Positions 11,335 through 21,160 of a DNA stretch of 64,000 bases are shown piece by piece (the stretch's first letter is position 1; each line of letters opens with the position of its first letter). The stretch is taken from NCBI GenBank assembly GCA_044220845.1, contig JBGAQG010000001.1:74603-138602 (forward strand), read 5' to 3'. The DNA is from Flavipsychrobacter sp. GTDB lineage: Bacteria; Bacteroidota; Bacteroidia; Chitinophagales; Chitinophagaceae. The notes under the pieces were generated by a model that was not told where the DNA came from, made no database searches, and saw only the letters and a program-made list of their open reading frames with translations. The position numbers were made by a program, and so were the translations under genes.

Positions 11335-11691
11335 TTACTTTCCCTTTATCTTATAAGCCGGCAGCAAAGACGGTTTCAATCCTATTTTCTCTGCATTGGT
11401 CATCACCTGTGTCTCTGTCTTCACATACATCAGCTGCGATTTCACATCCATGTATTTCCAACGCAGTTCCTTCAGCTCCCGGTTACGGGCGTTCAGCTCT
11501 CGCTGCATGTCTATCGCCCGCTGACTATTGCTTATGTACAAAACACACAGCAATACCAGGAATGCCAGAAAAGGAATATTATTTACGATTGCCTTATAAG
11601 ATACTTTCTCCACCAGCGACTTCCAGTCACTCCGCACACGTTGCGCAGGCGTAAGCCCCTCCTGCGTTATATCTTTTTCCTCGCTGCTCAT
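11335..11691 (-). CDS. FtsL-like small bitopic cell-division protein
   Basis: 118 aa with one TM followed by a coiled-coil-like segment. It lies between rsmH and ftsI. Confidence 0.6.
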   Translation of the reverse strand: MSSEEKDITQEGLTPAQRVRSDWKSLVEKVSYKAIVNNIPFLAFLVLLCVLYISNSQRAIDMQRELNARNRELKELRWKYMDVKSQLMYVKTETQVMTNAEKIGLKPSLLPAYKIKGK

Positions 11692-11738
11692 GCTCGCTAT
11701 ATTATCAGTCCCCGAAGGGAATTTTTATTCGACTTTCT

Positions 11739-12656
11739 TTACAACTTCTCTCCTACCCTCAGCCTTGCACTCCGCGATCTCGGGTTCGCTCGTTGCTCTG
11801 CCTCACTTGGCTCTATCGGCTTCGCGTTCACCGGCTTCATCACAGGCGGCACCACTTCCTCGTATGCTCCCGGTTCATCCCAGCGGCCGCGCTTTATAAA
11901 GTGCTTCACTATCCTGTCCTCCAACGAGTGAAACGAAATGATACTCAGGCGCCCTCCCGGCTTCAGACTCTGCGCTGCCTGCTGCAGCAACTCCTTCAGC
12001 ACACCCAGTTCGTCGTTCACTTCTATCCTTAGTGCCTGAAACACCTGCGCCAGATACTTGTTAGGATTCCCCTTTATCACTGGTGCAAGCATTGCTTTCA
12101 GCGATGCTATTGTCTGCACTTTTTGCACACTTCTCGCCGACACTATGTGCTTTGCCAGCTGTCGCGAGTTGCGCACCTCTCCATACTGCTCAAACAACTG
12201 GTGCAATTGCGGCTCCGAGTAGGTATTCACAATATGAGCAGCTGTCAACTCACCGCGCTTATCCATCCTCATATCCAGCGGGCCGTCAAACCTTATCGAA
12301 AAACCCCGCTCTGCTGTGTCAAACTGAAAAGAACTTACTCCCAGATCCGCCAATATCCCGTCCACCTCGCTATGTCCGTGCAATCGCAAAAAACGACGCA
12401 GATATTTGAAATTCTCTGTCACCGGTATCAACCTCTCATCAGCGGGCTTGTTCACCCACGCATCAGCATCCTGGTCAAATGCTATCAGTTTACCCTCGGG
12501 CCCCAGCTGCTCCAGTATCAGTCTGCTGTGTCCACCCCCACCGAATGTCACATCCACATACACGCCATCTTTCTTTATCGCCAGCCCATCTACGGCTTCG
12601 TGCAGCAATACCGTGGTATGATAGAATTTTTGCTCTTCCATACTACATTCCGTCAA
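11739..12656 (-). CDS. rsmH: 16S rRNA (cytosine1402-N4)-methyltransferase RsmH/MraW
   Basis: Motifs HTTVLLHEAVDGL, DVTFGGGGHS and GVSSFQFD. The start may instead be the ATG at 12641 (MEEQKFYH), which removes the overlap with mraZ. Confidence 0.95.
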   Translation of the reverse strand: MTECSMEEQKFYHTTVLLHEAVDGLAIKKDGVYVDVTFGGGGHSRLILEQLGPEGKLIAFDQDADAWVNKPADERLIPVTENFKYLRRFLRLHGHSEVDGILADLGVSSFQFDTAERGFSIRFDGPLDMRMDKRGELTAAHIVNTYSEPQLHQLFEQYGEVRNSRQLAKHIVSARSVQKVQTIASLKAMLAPVIKGNPNKYLAQVFQALRIEVNDELGVLKELLQQAAQSLKPGGRLSIISFHSLEDRIVKHFIKRGRWDEPGAYEEVVPPVMKPVNAKPIEPSEAEQRANPRSRSARLRVGEKL

Positions 12657-13110
12657 AAGGATTACCCAGATCTGCCGCTACACTGTTAGCAAGGTCACCG
12701 AAGTTTTCAGAATTATGTCGCAGATACGCATAATAGCTATCTTTGTCCCACAACTCCATTTTATTGCCCTGCGCGGTCAACACAGCTTCCTTCGTTATCC
12801 CGGCATACTCCAGTAGTGGCTTGGGCACCAGCATCCTTCCGGCGCTGTCCAGTTCCACCATGGTGGCACCGTTCAGAAACAAACGCTTGAACCTGCGCAC
12901 ATCTTCCTTGAAGTCATTCAACTTGCTCACTTTGTCGTGGATCACATTCCACACATCCATTGTGTACACATTGATACATTTCTCAAATCCACGATTGATC
13001 ACAAATTTCTCACGCAGACCTTCGGGGATCTGCTTTTCCAGACGCGCGGGCAGCATTAAACGCCCCTTGGCGTCTACTGCTACTTCACTTTCTCCGAGAA
13101 AATTGGTCAT
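12643..13110 (-). CDS. mraZ: Transcriptional regulator MraZ
   Basis: Two SpoVT/AbrB-like halves, DAKGRLMLPA and DSAGRMLVP. The track ORF starts at 13152, but the conserved MraZ N-terminus MTNFLGESEV begins at the ATG at 13108-13110. Confidence 0.9.
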   Translation of the reverse strand: MTNFLGESEVAVDAKGRLMLPARLEKQIPEGLREKFVINRGFEKCINVYTMDVWNVIHDKVSKLNDFKEDVRRFKRLFLNGATMVELDSAGRMLVPKPLLEYAGITKEAVLTAQGNKMELWDKDSYYAYLRHNSENFGDLANSVAADLGNPFDGM

Positions 13111-13145
13111 GAGCGTGTTTGATGGATGATTACTAACACAAAGAA

Positions 13146-13169
13146 ACACCATTTACCACATTTTACCAC
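13146..13169 (-). promoter_or_regulatory. Candidate MraZ operator A: phased GTGGT/GGTGT direct repeats just upstream of mraZ
   Basis: On the mraZ sense strand the sequence reads GTGGTAAAATGTGGTAAATGGTGT. The repeats start at 13169, 13159 and 13150, giving a 9-10 nt period, and lie 40-60 nt upstream of the 13110 start. MraZ proteins are known to bind phased GTG/TGGG-type direct repeats. Confidence 0.4.
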
Positions 13170-13212
13170 TTTTGCAGCACTACATATTTATCCACAATAT
13201 GATATAAAAACC

Positions 13213-13248
13213 TGTGAATAACCTGTGACTTTGTGTGAATATCTGTGC
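13213..13248 (+). promoter_or_regulatory. Candidate operator B: four CTGTGA/TGTGA/CTGTGC direct repeats with a 10-11 bp period in the mraZ-purL divergent region
   Basis: TGTG cores at 13213, 13224, 13234 and 13244. Confidence 0.35.
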
Positions 13249-13384
13249 ATAACCTCAGAACAAGGTATTGCATGGAAATTTTCTGTACACTATCATTCCT
13301 CAGTTAGCTCAAACAATAGCATACACCCGCCCTCGAAACATTATTCTGACCATATAATGTTACCCGAGAAAATTTGCCTCAAAA

Positions 13385-15607
13385 TTGTACTTTTACGCCA
13401 TGTTAGCCACACTCGAACAGGCCGTGAAACTGGGCCTTCGCGAAGACGAATTCGAAAAGATCAAACAGATACTGGGACGCACACCCAATTTTACTGAAAC
13501 AGCAATGTACTCCGTGATGTGGAGCGAACACTGCAGCTACAAAAACTCCATTAAATGGCTGAAAACACTGCCGCGCGATGGTGCCAAACTACTTGTAAAA
13601 GCAGGTGAGGAAAATGCCGGCCTTGTTGATATCGGCGATGGCTGGGGCTGCGTATTCAAAATAGAAAGCCATAATCACCCTTCTGCTATCGAGCCCTTCC
13701 AGGGTGCCGCAACCGGTGTAGGCGGTATTCACCGCGACATCTTCACCATGGGTGCTCGTCCCATAGCTTCACTTAACTCACTTCGCTTCGGCAAGGTCGA
13801 TAATCCGAAAACACGCTGGCTCATCAAGGGCGTGGTGAAGGGTATCGGGCACTACGGCAACTGTTTCGGCGTGCCAACGGTAGCAGGCGAAGTGTACTAT
13901 GAAAGTTGCTACCAGACCAATCCACTCGTAAATGCCATGAGCGTGGGTGTTGTCCGCGTGGGTCAAACGGTGTCTGCAACGTCTCATGGTGAGGGCAACC
14001 CGGTATATATTGTTGGTGCATCTACCGGCAAGGACGGCATAGGCGGTGCGTCATTCGCATCGGCTGATATCACTGAAAACAGCGCTGAATCTTTGCCTGC
14101 AGTACAGGTAGGCGACCCGTTTGAAGAAAAGAAACTCCTGGAGGCTTGCCTCGAAATGATCCCTACCGGTGCCCTTATAGGCATGCAGGATATGGGCGCG
14201 GCAGGCATCACCTGCAGCACCAGCGAGATGAGCGCCAAAGGCGAACATGGTATGGTAATTCATTTGGACAAAGTACCTACTCGTCAGGCTAATATGAAGC
14301 CTTGGGAAATGCTGCTGAGCGAGAGCCAGGAGCGTATGCTGATTGTGGTGAAAAAGGGCCGTGAAGCGGAAGTGCAGAAAATATTCGACAAGTGGGACAT
14401 CCACTGCGTTCAGATAGGTGAAGTGACAAAAGACACCAATCTCAAGTACTACATGAACGGCGAACTTGTTGCCGACGTTCCCGCCGAAAGCCTCGTACTT
14501 GGCGGTGGTGCTCCGGTTTACGAAAGAGAATACAGCGAGCCTAAATACTTCCAGGAGATAAACAAATTCAATCCTGATTCCGTTGCGGTTCCTGCCGATC
14601 TGCGCGACACGGCATACCAGCTCATCCAGCTTCCTAACATCGCGTCAAAGCGTTGGATCTATGAGCAGTACGACAGCATGGTAGGCACTGGCAACACACA
14701 GACCAACGAACCAAGCGACGCTTCAGTCATTCGCGTGCATGGCTCGGATAAAGGACTTGCAGTGACTACAGATTGTAACAGCCGTTATGTCTTTGCTGAC
14801 CCCTACAAGGGCGGTATGATAGCCGTATGTGAAGCAGCGCGCAACATTGTTTGCAGTGGTGCGCAACCTGTAGCTATCACAAACTGTCTCAACTTCGGTA
14901 ACCCCTACAATCCTGAGGTTTATTATCAGTTCGTCTACGCTATAAAGGGCATGGGCGATGCGTGCCGCAAGCTCGATACGCCTGTTACCGGCGGAAACGT
15001 CAGCTTCTACAACCAGAGCGAAGATGGACCGGTATATCCTACCCCAACAATCGGCATGGTGGGCGTTATGGACTCGTTGTCTCAAAAAATGTCCCTCGGC
15101 TTCAAACACGCAGGCGACACCATCTATCTGTTGGGTGTGCAGACCAATGACATCAACTGTTCAGAATACTTGCACCACATCGTTGGTGTCACGCACAGTC
15201 CTGCTCCGCATTTCGAACTCGAAGAGGAATACACCCTGCAGCAGACAGTTTCACGCGTTATCAGCGAGAAACTCATCCGCTCTGCACACGACATTTCTGA
15301 AGGTGGTCTGTTCGCTTGTCTCCTTGAAAGCAGCATGGCAGGCGGGCTCGGTTTCACAATAAATACACCTGCCGGCATCCGAAAAGACGCAGCGCTCTTC
15401 GGTGAAGGACAGAGCCGTGTTGTAGTGACTGTTAACCCCGACCTGCACGCACTTTTCGAAGCAGAGCTGAAAGGCCTTCCATTCATCAAGATCGGTCATG
15501 TGAATGCCGGAAAAGAATTGATGGTTGACGGTGAGAATTGGGGCTACATCGCCGACTGGCAAAACGCATACGATACGTCACTCGAACGTATGCTGGCTGG
15601 TCAATAA
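13385..15607 (+). CDS. purL: Phosphoribosylformylglycinamidine synthase subunit PurL (small-PurL type)
   Basis: 740 aa. Motifs SEHCSYKNS and ESHNHPSAIEPFQGAATGVGG. The likely true start is the ATG at 13400. Confidence 0.95.
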   Translation: MYFYAMLATLEQAVKLGLREDEFEKIKQILGRTPNFTETAMYSVMWSEHCSYKNSIKWLKTLPRDGAKLLVKAGEENAGLVDIGDGWGCVFKIESHNHPSAIEPFQGAATGVGGIHRDIFTMGARPIASLNSLRFGKVDNPKTRWLIKGVVKGIGHYGNCFGVPTVAGEVYYESCYQTNPLVNAMSVGVVRVGQTVSATSHGEGNPVYIVGASTGKDGIGGASFASADITENSAESLPAVQVGDPFEEKKLLEACLEMIPTGALIGMQDMGAAGITCSTSEMSAKGEHGMVIHLDKVPTRQANMKPWEMLLSESQERMLIVVKKGREAEVQKIFDKWDIHCVQIGEVTKDTNLKYYMNGELVADVPAESLVLGGGAPVYEREYSEPKYFQEINKFNPDSVAVPADLRDTAYQLIQLPNIASKRWIYEQYDSMVGTGNTQTNEPSDASVIRVHGSDKGLAVTTDCNSRYVFADPYKGGMIAVCEAARNIVCSGAQPVAITNCLNFGNPYNPEVYYQFVYAIKGMGDACRKLDTPVTGGNVSFYNQSEDGPVYPTPTIGMVGVMDSLSQKMSLGFKHAGDTIYLLGVQTNDINCSEYLHHIVGVTHSPAPHFELEEEYTLQQTVSRVISEKLIRSAHDISEGGLFACLLESSMAGGLGFTINTPAGIRKDAALFGEGQSRVVVTVNPDLHALFEAELKGLPFIKIGHVNAGKELMVDGENWGYIADWQNAYDTSLERMLAGQ

Positions 15608-15630
15608 AACAGTGTATAATTTCAGTGCTG

Positions 15631-15984
15631 CTAAACCGTAGCACTACCACATGTGTCTGCAGCATTGTGCATCAGCTGACTGGTATTTCCCTCTGAGGAT
15701 AACCACTCACGAAGATCGCAGTGCTGCATTCCGTATGTATGCACCGAACCCGACACCACGGCAACACTGTATCGTGTGCCCGAATAGTCGAGAGTTAGTG
15801 CCTGGCGCGCATCTTCAAGCATCAGATACAGCATAAAGAACCGACTGCGATCAGATGGTTCAAAAGGAACAACAATCACTGAATCTATTGTGTTTCCGGC
15901 ACTGTCATAAGGTTTCCCTATCAGGTGCTGATGTTGATCACAGGCTAATTTGGCCTCGGTGTAAGAATATGGCGGGTGTTTCAT
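15631..15984 (-). CDS. Hypothetical protein
   Basis: 117-aa ORF with no recognisable motif. It fills the gap between purL and the next gene. Confidence 0.4.
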   Translation of the reverse strand: MKHPPYSYTEAKLACDQHQHLIGKPYDSAGNTIDSVIVVPFEPSDRSRFFMLYLMLEDARQALTLDYSGTRYSVAVVSGSVHTYGMQHCDLREWLSSEGNTSQLMHNAADTCGSATV

Positions 15985-16057
15985 GGAACAAATTAATGGG
16001 TTGAATTTATTACCTATATGTGAATATAAGAAAAAAGAACAACAAAATAACGCCTGA

Positions 16058-16648
16058 TTAACTTTTGGCGTTCTTACGCCTCAGGTAATCGTAACGGTAA
16101 CCAGGCGGCAGAGGATAGCCCAGCTCCTCCATTATGTTTTCAAGGTCTTTCTCCTCATCCGGTTGATATTTCCTGTCCAGGTTCATTCCGTTCAATCGGG
16201 CCCAAGCCTGCCACTTGACAGCCGTGAGCGGATTCTTAAACTCCTGCAGGATATTGTATAGATTCACTTCCGTCTGCCTCGCGATCAGCTTCACCAACAA
16301 AGTGCCCTGAGTTACGTTTAGTTGCTTCACCTTCTCCTCAAAACTGGAGCGCATCTCCTCCTCGCGGCTGTGTACAAACTGCTTTCGCTCTTTTCGAGAT
16401 ACCCCCTCCTCGTTTACCTTGGCATTGATCTCTTTAAACACCTTTGTCGCAGCATCCAGATACGGCAATATTGTCGTCACATAAAACTTCATCTGATTAT
16501 AACGGTAACGGTCTGTATCGTTCAGAAACTGTGCGGTCACCTTCACCTCTGGCAACATGTAGATGGTATCCACCTGTAACCCTACATTTCCCTGCCCGAA
16601 CGATTGTATCGAAAGCAGCATGGCAATAATGATCAAAGTTCTTTTCAT
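16058..16648 (-). CDS. Secreted hypothetical protein (DUF4294-like)
   Basis: 196 aa with a signal peptide (MKRTLIIIAMLLSIQSFGQ). It resembles a conserved Bacteroidota family as I remember it. Confidence 0.65.
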   Translation of the reverse strand: MKRTLIIIAMLLSIQSFGQGNVGLQVDTIYMLPEVKVTAQFLNDTDRYRYNQMKFYVTTILPYLDAATKVFKEINAKVNEEGVSRKERKQFVHSREEEMRSSFEEKVKQLNVTQGTLLVKLIARQTEVNLYNILQEFKNPLTAVKWQAWARLNGMNLDRKYQPDEEKDLENIMEELGYPLPPGYRYDYLRRKNAKS

Positions 16649-16756
16649 ATTATTTCTAACAGTGCAATATGCGTACCAAAATTAGCAGGTATCGATCAGC
16701 CCGCAATTGTGAAAAAAAATTAACACTCAATTTTGTTTGAATTTCAGAAAAAGTTC

Positions 16757-16764
16757 TACTTTTG
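16757..16764 (+). promoter_or_regulatory. Bacteroidota-type -7 box TACTTTTG (TAnnTTTG), with TTG 17 nt upstream (16737-16739)
   Basis: Exact match to the TAnnTTTG consensus. A terminator-like hairpin follows about 35 nt downstream. Confidence 0.4.
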
Positions 16765-16797
16765 TGGTGGGTATATTTTTCTTTTTCATATATGCGA

Positions 16798-16830
16798 GGC
16801 CTCAGCGCATGCTGGGGCTTTGCTTTTTTT
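16798..16830 (+). terminator. Intrinsic terminator-like hairpin plus U-tract
   Basis: The stem is GGCCTCAGC, the loop GCAT, and the return arm GCTGGGGCT (9 bp including two G-U pairs). It is followed by TTGCTTTTTTT. Confidence 0.5.
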
Positions 16831-16954
16831 AGCCGGTGCACCAAAAAATGTCAGTACACCGTCCCGTACGCCCATCTCCTGTAAACCTCTGCGCCATTAT
16901 TTTGTGATTTTTACTGAAACAATAGTACTTTAGCACCGTACACAGCATTATTTA

Positions 16955-17719
16955 TTGATGAACTACGAAATAAAACAGTCGGGCAAGTTCAAGTATGTAG
17001 AAGAAGGGACCGGGGAGCCGCTGGTGTTGCTACACGGGTTGTTTGGCGCGCTGAGTAACTTTAAAGACCTCGTTGATCATTTCAAATCCACACACAGGGT
17101 CATTATTCCGTTGCTGCCATTGTACGATCTGACAGTGCTGGACACTACGGTGTCCGGACTTGCAAAATTTGTGCAGAAATTCTTCGAACATCAAAAGCTA
17201 CAGAATGTACACCTGCTGGGCAACTCATTGGGTGGCCACGTCGGGCTTGTATTTGTTCTGAAAAATCCGGGCTTAGTCAAAACTATTACACTCACCGGTA
17301 GCTCAGGCCTCTTCGAGAACGGAATGGGTGAAACCTATCCTAAACGCGGCGACTATAATTACGTTCAAAAGAAAACCGAACTTACCTTTTACGATCCCAA
17401 AATAGCAAACAAAGAGCTGGTGGATGAGGTGTTTGGCATCATCAATAATAGACTGAAGGCCATTAAGATCATCGCCCTTGCACGCTCTGCCATTCGTCAC
17501 AATCTGGGCGATGAATTGCAGCAGATCAAACAACCGGTTTGCCTGATTTGGGGGAAAAATGATACGATCACTCCTCCTATGGTGGCCGAAGAGTTTCACA
17601 AACTATTGCCAAATTCTGAGCTGCACTGGATTGACAAATGCGGACATGCTCCTATGATGGAGGTGCCGGGAGAATTTAATATTATTCTCAGCAGCTTCCT
17701 TAGCAAGCATATAGGGTAA
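16955..17719 (+). CDS. Alpha/beta-fold hydrolase
   Basis: Motifs LLHGLFG, the nucleophile elbow GNSLGG, and a late CGHAPMME. The probable start is the ATG at 16958. Confidence 0.85.
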   Translation: MMNYEIKQSGKFKYVEEGTGEPLVLLHGLFGALSNFKDLVDHFKSTHRVIIPLLPLYDLTVLDTTVSGLAKFVQKFFEHQKLQNVHLLGNSLGGHVGLVFVLKNPGLVKTITLTGSSGLFENGMGETYPKRGDYNYVQKKTELTFYDPKIANKELVDEVFGIINNRLKAIKIIALARSAIRHNLGDELQQIKQPVCLIWGKNDTITPPMVAEEFHKLLPNSELHWIDKCGHAPMMEVPGEFNIILSSFLSKHIG

Positions 17720-17814
17720 GTGTTTGTCAGCAGACTGCAAGATTTGTGTTTGCATTGGTATTTTCAACGTTTTCGGCGCGCCTATTGCTGTAACAGTAAC
17801 ATAGACTGATTACT

Positions 17815-18474
17815 ATGACTATAGAAAAACTAATCGTTCATTCACTGCCCGTATTATCTCCGGACGACACTATCGGCAGGGCATTAGAGATCCTTGAAGA
17901 CAATCAGGTTAAGGCGCTTCCTGTCGTTGTGGATGAAGACTACAAGGGACTTGTTACAGAAGATCATTTGCTCGAATTGGACGACGACAACGCAAAATTG
18001 GCTGACACCCACCTCCTGCAATACAAACCTGCTGTAACGTCTTTCTCACATCCCTTCGAGGCTATTTCAGCCATGCACCAGGCTCGCCTTTCGGTGCTCC
18101 CTGTGCTCGACGGAGAACAGAAATATCTTGGATGCATCGATCGCGACAACCTGTTGGCCTATGTGGCTGAAAACAGTGGGGTAAGTAACCCCGGCGGCAT
18201 CCTTGTGTTGGAGATCCCTCCACGCAACTATTCAATGTACGAGATAGCGCGCATCTGCGAGAACGAAGACGTTATCATACTCGCCATGCATTCCCGCACC
18301 AATGAGGCCGGCCTGCTGGAGATAACGATGAAACTTAACAGAACTGTACTCGATGCCGTGGTAGCGTCTTTCGAAAGGCACAATTACCATGCCATTGAAG
18401 TGTATGGTAGAGAAACCAATAAAGAAGATATTCTCGGCAAATACAACCTGCTGATGAATTATATCAACATGTAG
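17815..18474 (+). CDS. CBS domain-pair protein
   Basis: 219 aa with two CBS-like repeats (ALPVVVDEDYKGLVTEDHLL and VLPVLDGEQKYLGCIDRDNLL). Confidence 0.75.
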   Translation: MTIEKLIVHSLPVLSPDDTIGRALEILEDNQVKALPVVVDEDYKGLVTEDHLLELDDDNAKLADTHLLQYKPAVTSFSHPFEAISAMHQARLSVLPVLDGEQKYLGCIDRDNLLAYVAENSGVSNPGGILVLEIPPRNYSMYEIARICENEDVIILAMHSRTNEAGLLEITMKLNRTVLDAVVASFERHNYHAIEVYGRETNKEDILGKYNLLMNYINM

Positions 18475-18476
18475 TC

Positions 18477-19061
18477 ATGATAGCAATCGACAACGTACTC
18501 CTTAGCGACGAGATCATCGAAGAACAATTTGTTTGCGACCTGAACAAGTGCAAGGGAGGTTGTTGTGTGGACGGCGACTGCGGGGCTCCCCTCAGCAAAG
18601 ATGAAACCAAGATCCTCAAAAACATCTACCCTGTCGTAAAACCTTATCTGGTACCGGAATATGTCGCCGAGATCGAGCGTCAGGGCACACACACCACCGA
18701 CAGCGAATATGGTTACGTAACACCCACCGTGAACGGCGGAATATGTGTTTATGGTTACACCGATGAAGCAGGTATTGTGAAATGCGCCATTGAAAAAGCG
18801 TGGAAGGACGGTAAGGTAGATTTCCGTAAACCGATCTCCTGCCATCTCTACCCTATTCGCATCATATCGCATCCTGGCTATGAGGCCGTCAACTATGAGC
18901 CAAGGGAGACTCTCTGCAAGCCAGCATGTAAGCTCGGCAGTAAATTAAAAGTACCTGTTTACAAATTTCTGGAAGAAGCAATCACTCGCAAGTACGGTGC
19001 CGAATTCTATGGAGCACTTGACGCGATAGCTCAGAAATACTTCGACAAGAAAAAGGATTAA
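18477..19061 (+). CDS. DUF3109-like Cys-rich protein
   Basis: 194 aa with a CDLNKCKGGCCVDGDCGAPL cysteine cluster. Confidence 0.7.
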   Translation: MIAIDNVLLSDEIIEEQFVCDLNKCKGGCCVDGDCGAPLSKDETKILKNIYPVVKPYLVPEYVAEIERQGTHTTDSEYGYVTPTVNGGICVYGYTDEAGIVKCAIEKAWKDGKVDFRKPISCHLYPIRIISHPGYEAVNYEPRETLCKPACKLGSKLKVPVYKFLEEAITRKYGAEFYGALDAIAQKYFDKKKD

Positions 19062-19070
19062 CACACACCG

Positions 19071-21005
19071 CTACCTCACAAAAAGGTAATAAGGATACTT
19101 TCCGGTGGGCATGTCGTGCTCAAACGGCCCTTCATACAGAAGTTTGCCATTAAAGTCATAGCATCGGCCCAGTCCATGTTTCTCGCCATGCACCCACTGA
19201 CCTGAGTACTTGTAGCATCCCAGACAGTTCTTGATCGTTCCGTTTACACCACGCGTATAGGTACCATAGCCGTGCCTCAGATCATTTTCAAACTCGCCTA
19301 CATAATTGTCTCCGTTGCGCCAGTAGAATGTACCACAGCCGTTTTTACTATCCTTCACCCATTGGCCCACATACATATCTCCGTTCGACCAAAGGTAGGT
19401 TCCCTCTTCGCCCCAGCGCATATTGTTTTCGAAATCACCGTCATAACGTTCTCCCGAAAGCCAGTAATACGTACCCTTGCCATGCCGATTACCGTTCCTG
19501 TATTCGCCCTCATACCGCTCGCCCGACTTCCACACCATCACCCCCTTTCCGTTCAGGTCATTTGCCGCAAATTCACCGGTATACACGTCGCCTCCATCCC
19601 ACCGGAAAACACCTGTTCCGCTTTGCACACCTTCCTTCCATTCTCCCTCATAATGATCGTTCGAAGGATAATACATGATCCCCCTGCCCGACGCCAGTCC
19701 GTCTTTGAACTCTCCTACATAGCGCTCACATGTACCCCAGATGAACTCTCCATTGCCATTGAATTTATTACGCTCAAACCTGCCGATGTAGGTATCTCCG
19801 TTTTTCCTTGTCAATGCACCATCACCATGGTACATGCCACTCCTCCATTCACCTACATAGCGGTCACCATTCCTGAAGATCACCATACCCTTTCCGTTCA
19901 GCGCATCGTTGACAAATGAACCGCTGTAACGGTCTCCTTTACTGCTTATCAGCACTGCATATCCCAGCAGAGTATCATTGCGCCATGTACCCTCCAGCTT
20001 GTCGCCGTTTATTAGATATTTCACGCCTTTACCATTCATCTTTCCGTTGGCAAACGGACCAACATACTTATCTCCGTTCGCCCAGTAAAACGTACCCTTG
20101 CCCGATAGTTTTCCATTCTCAAAACCACCCTCGTACCTGTTGCCATTCCTCCATTTAAACGTACCATCACCCTGCAGTACACCGTTCACCCAATTGCCCG
20201 AATAACTATCACCATTCGACATAAAGAACGTCCCCGATCCGTGCATACGGTCGTTCTTCCAGTTCCCCATGTACTTACTGCCCTCCACATACACAAACAC
20301 CCCGAATCCATGCATCTCGCCGGCAGCCCAGTCGCCCACATACTTCTCTCCGTCGGCATAGGTCATAGTGCCTTGTCCGTGCCGTTGTCCGTTCAAAATT
20401 CCCCCTATGTAAACGTTGCCGCTATCATAAGTCTGAGTGACGTTTTTCCCGTCGGCAATGCCGAAGTTTCCTTTATTATCCGCCAATAGCTTTGCAGCAG
20501 CTTTCCTATCATACTTCACTGCCCAGAATAGCGGTGTAGTACTGTTCATGGAGTTGTGCCAAACTGCATTTACAGGTACCCCGCGTTTAAGGCACGCCTC
20601 GGCCAATTCCAGATCGCCGGCCAGTGCCGCCGCATGCAATACTGTCCAGCCGTCAACTGTAGTGGTTGTAATGTTTGCTCCGAACAATAGTGCCTGCTTG
20701 ATCCTGGCAATATCGCCATGGCGGTTCCTGGCAAGCTCTGCTGCCAATTGCACCTCGGCATCCTTTTTAGATAGTATAACAGCCGGCTTACCCTTGCCGG
20801 ACAACGACGGCTTGCCATTATTGATCACCACCTGACGGGTCATCAATCCCGATTGTGCAAATGCGTACGGAGCACTAAAACAAGCTGATATGACAGACAA
20901 AAACGTAAAAAAACGGAAATATGATGCAAAACCATGCCCTCCCGCAAAGCGGCACACGATACGAGCCCCCTTTGGGAATGAGGGGAAACTGAGTTGCATA
21001 TTCAA
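19071..21005 (-). CDS. Secreted ankyrin-repeat + MORN-repeat protein
   Basis: 644 aa. The N-terminus is hydrophobic. Ankyrin-like repeats follow (GWTVLHAAALAGDLELAEACLKRGVPVNA). After them come roughly 18-20 tandem YxGxWxxGxxHGxG MORN units. Confidence 0.85.
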   Translation of the reverse strand: MNMQLSFPSFPKGARIVCRFAGGHGFASYFRFFTFLSVISACFSAPYAFAQSGLMTRQVVINNGKPSLSGKGKPAVILSKKDAEVQLAAELARNRHGDIARIKQALLFGANITTTTVDGWTVLHAAALAGDLELAEACLKRGVPVNAVWHNSMNSTTPLFWAVKYDRKAAAKLLADNKGNFGIADGKNVTQTYDSGNVYIGGILNGQRHGQGTMTYADGEKYVGDWAAGEMHGFGVFVYVEGSKYMGNWKNDRMHGSGTFFMSNGDSYSGNWVNGVLQGDGTFKWRNGNRYEGGFENGKLSGKGTFYWANGDKYVGPFANGKMNGKGVKYLINGDKLEGTWRNDTLLGYAVLISSKGDRYSGSFVNDALNGKGMVIFRNGDRYVGEWRSGMYHGDGALTRKNGDTYIGRFERNKFNGNGEFIWGTCERYVGEFKDGLASGRGIMYYPSNDHYEGEWKEGVQSGTGVFRWDGGDVYTGEFAANDLNGKGVMVWKSGERYEGEYRNGNRHGKGTYYWLSGERYDGDFENNMRWGEEGTYLWSNGDMYVGQWVKDSKNGCGTFYWRNGDNYVGEFENDLRHGYGTYTRGVNGTIKNCLGCYKYSGQWVHGEKHGLGRCYDFNGKLLYEGPFEHDMPTGKYPYYLFVR

Positions 21006-21160
21006 TGGGTTGTGAAACTACATGCAAGATATAATAATGTATTGAATAATGATCACTACAATTCCTAACCATTTGTTATTGAAAGGAAACAAGAATGTCA
21101 GGAACTTTGACAAAAACAACACGCATTCTGTATCTTTAGTACAGAAAACAGTGTAAAAAC

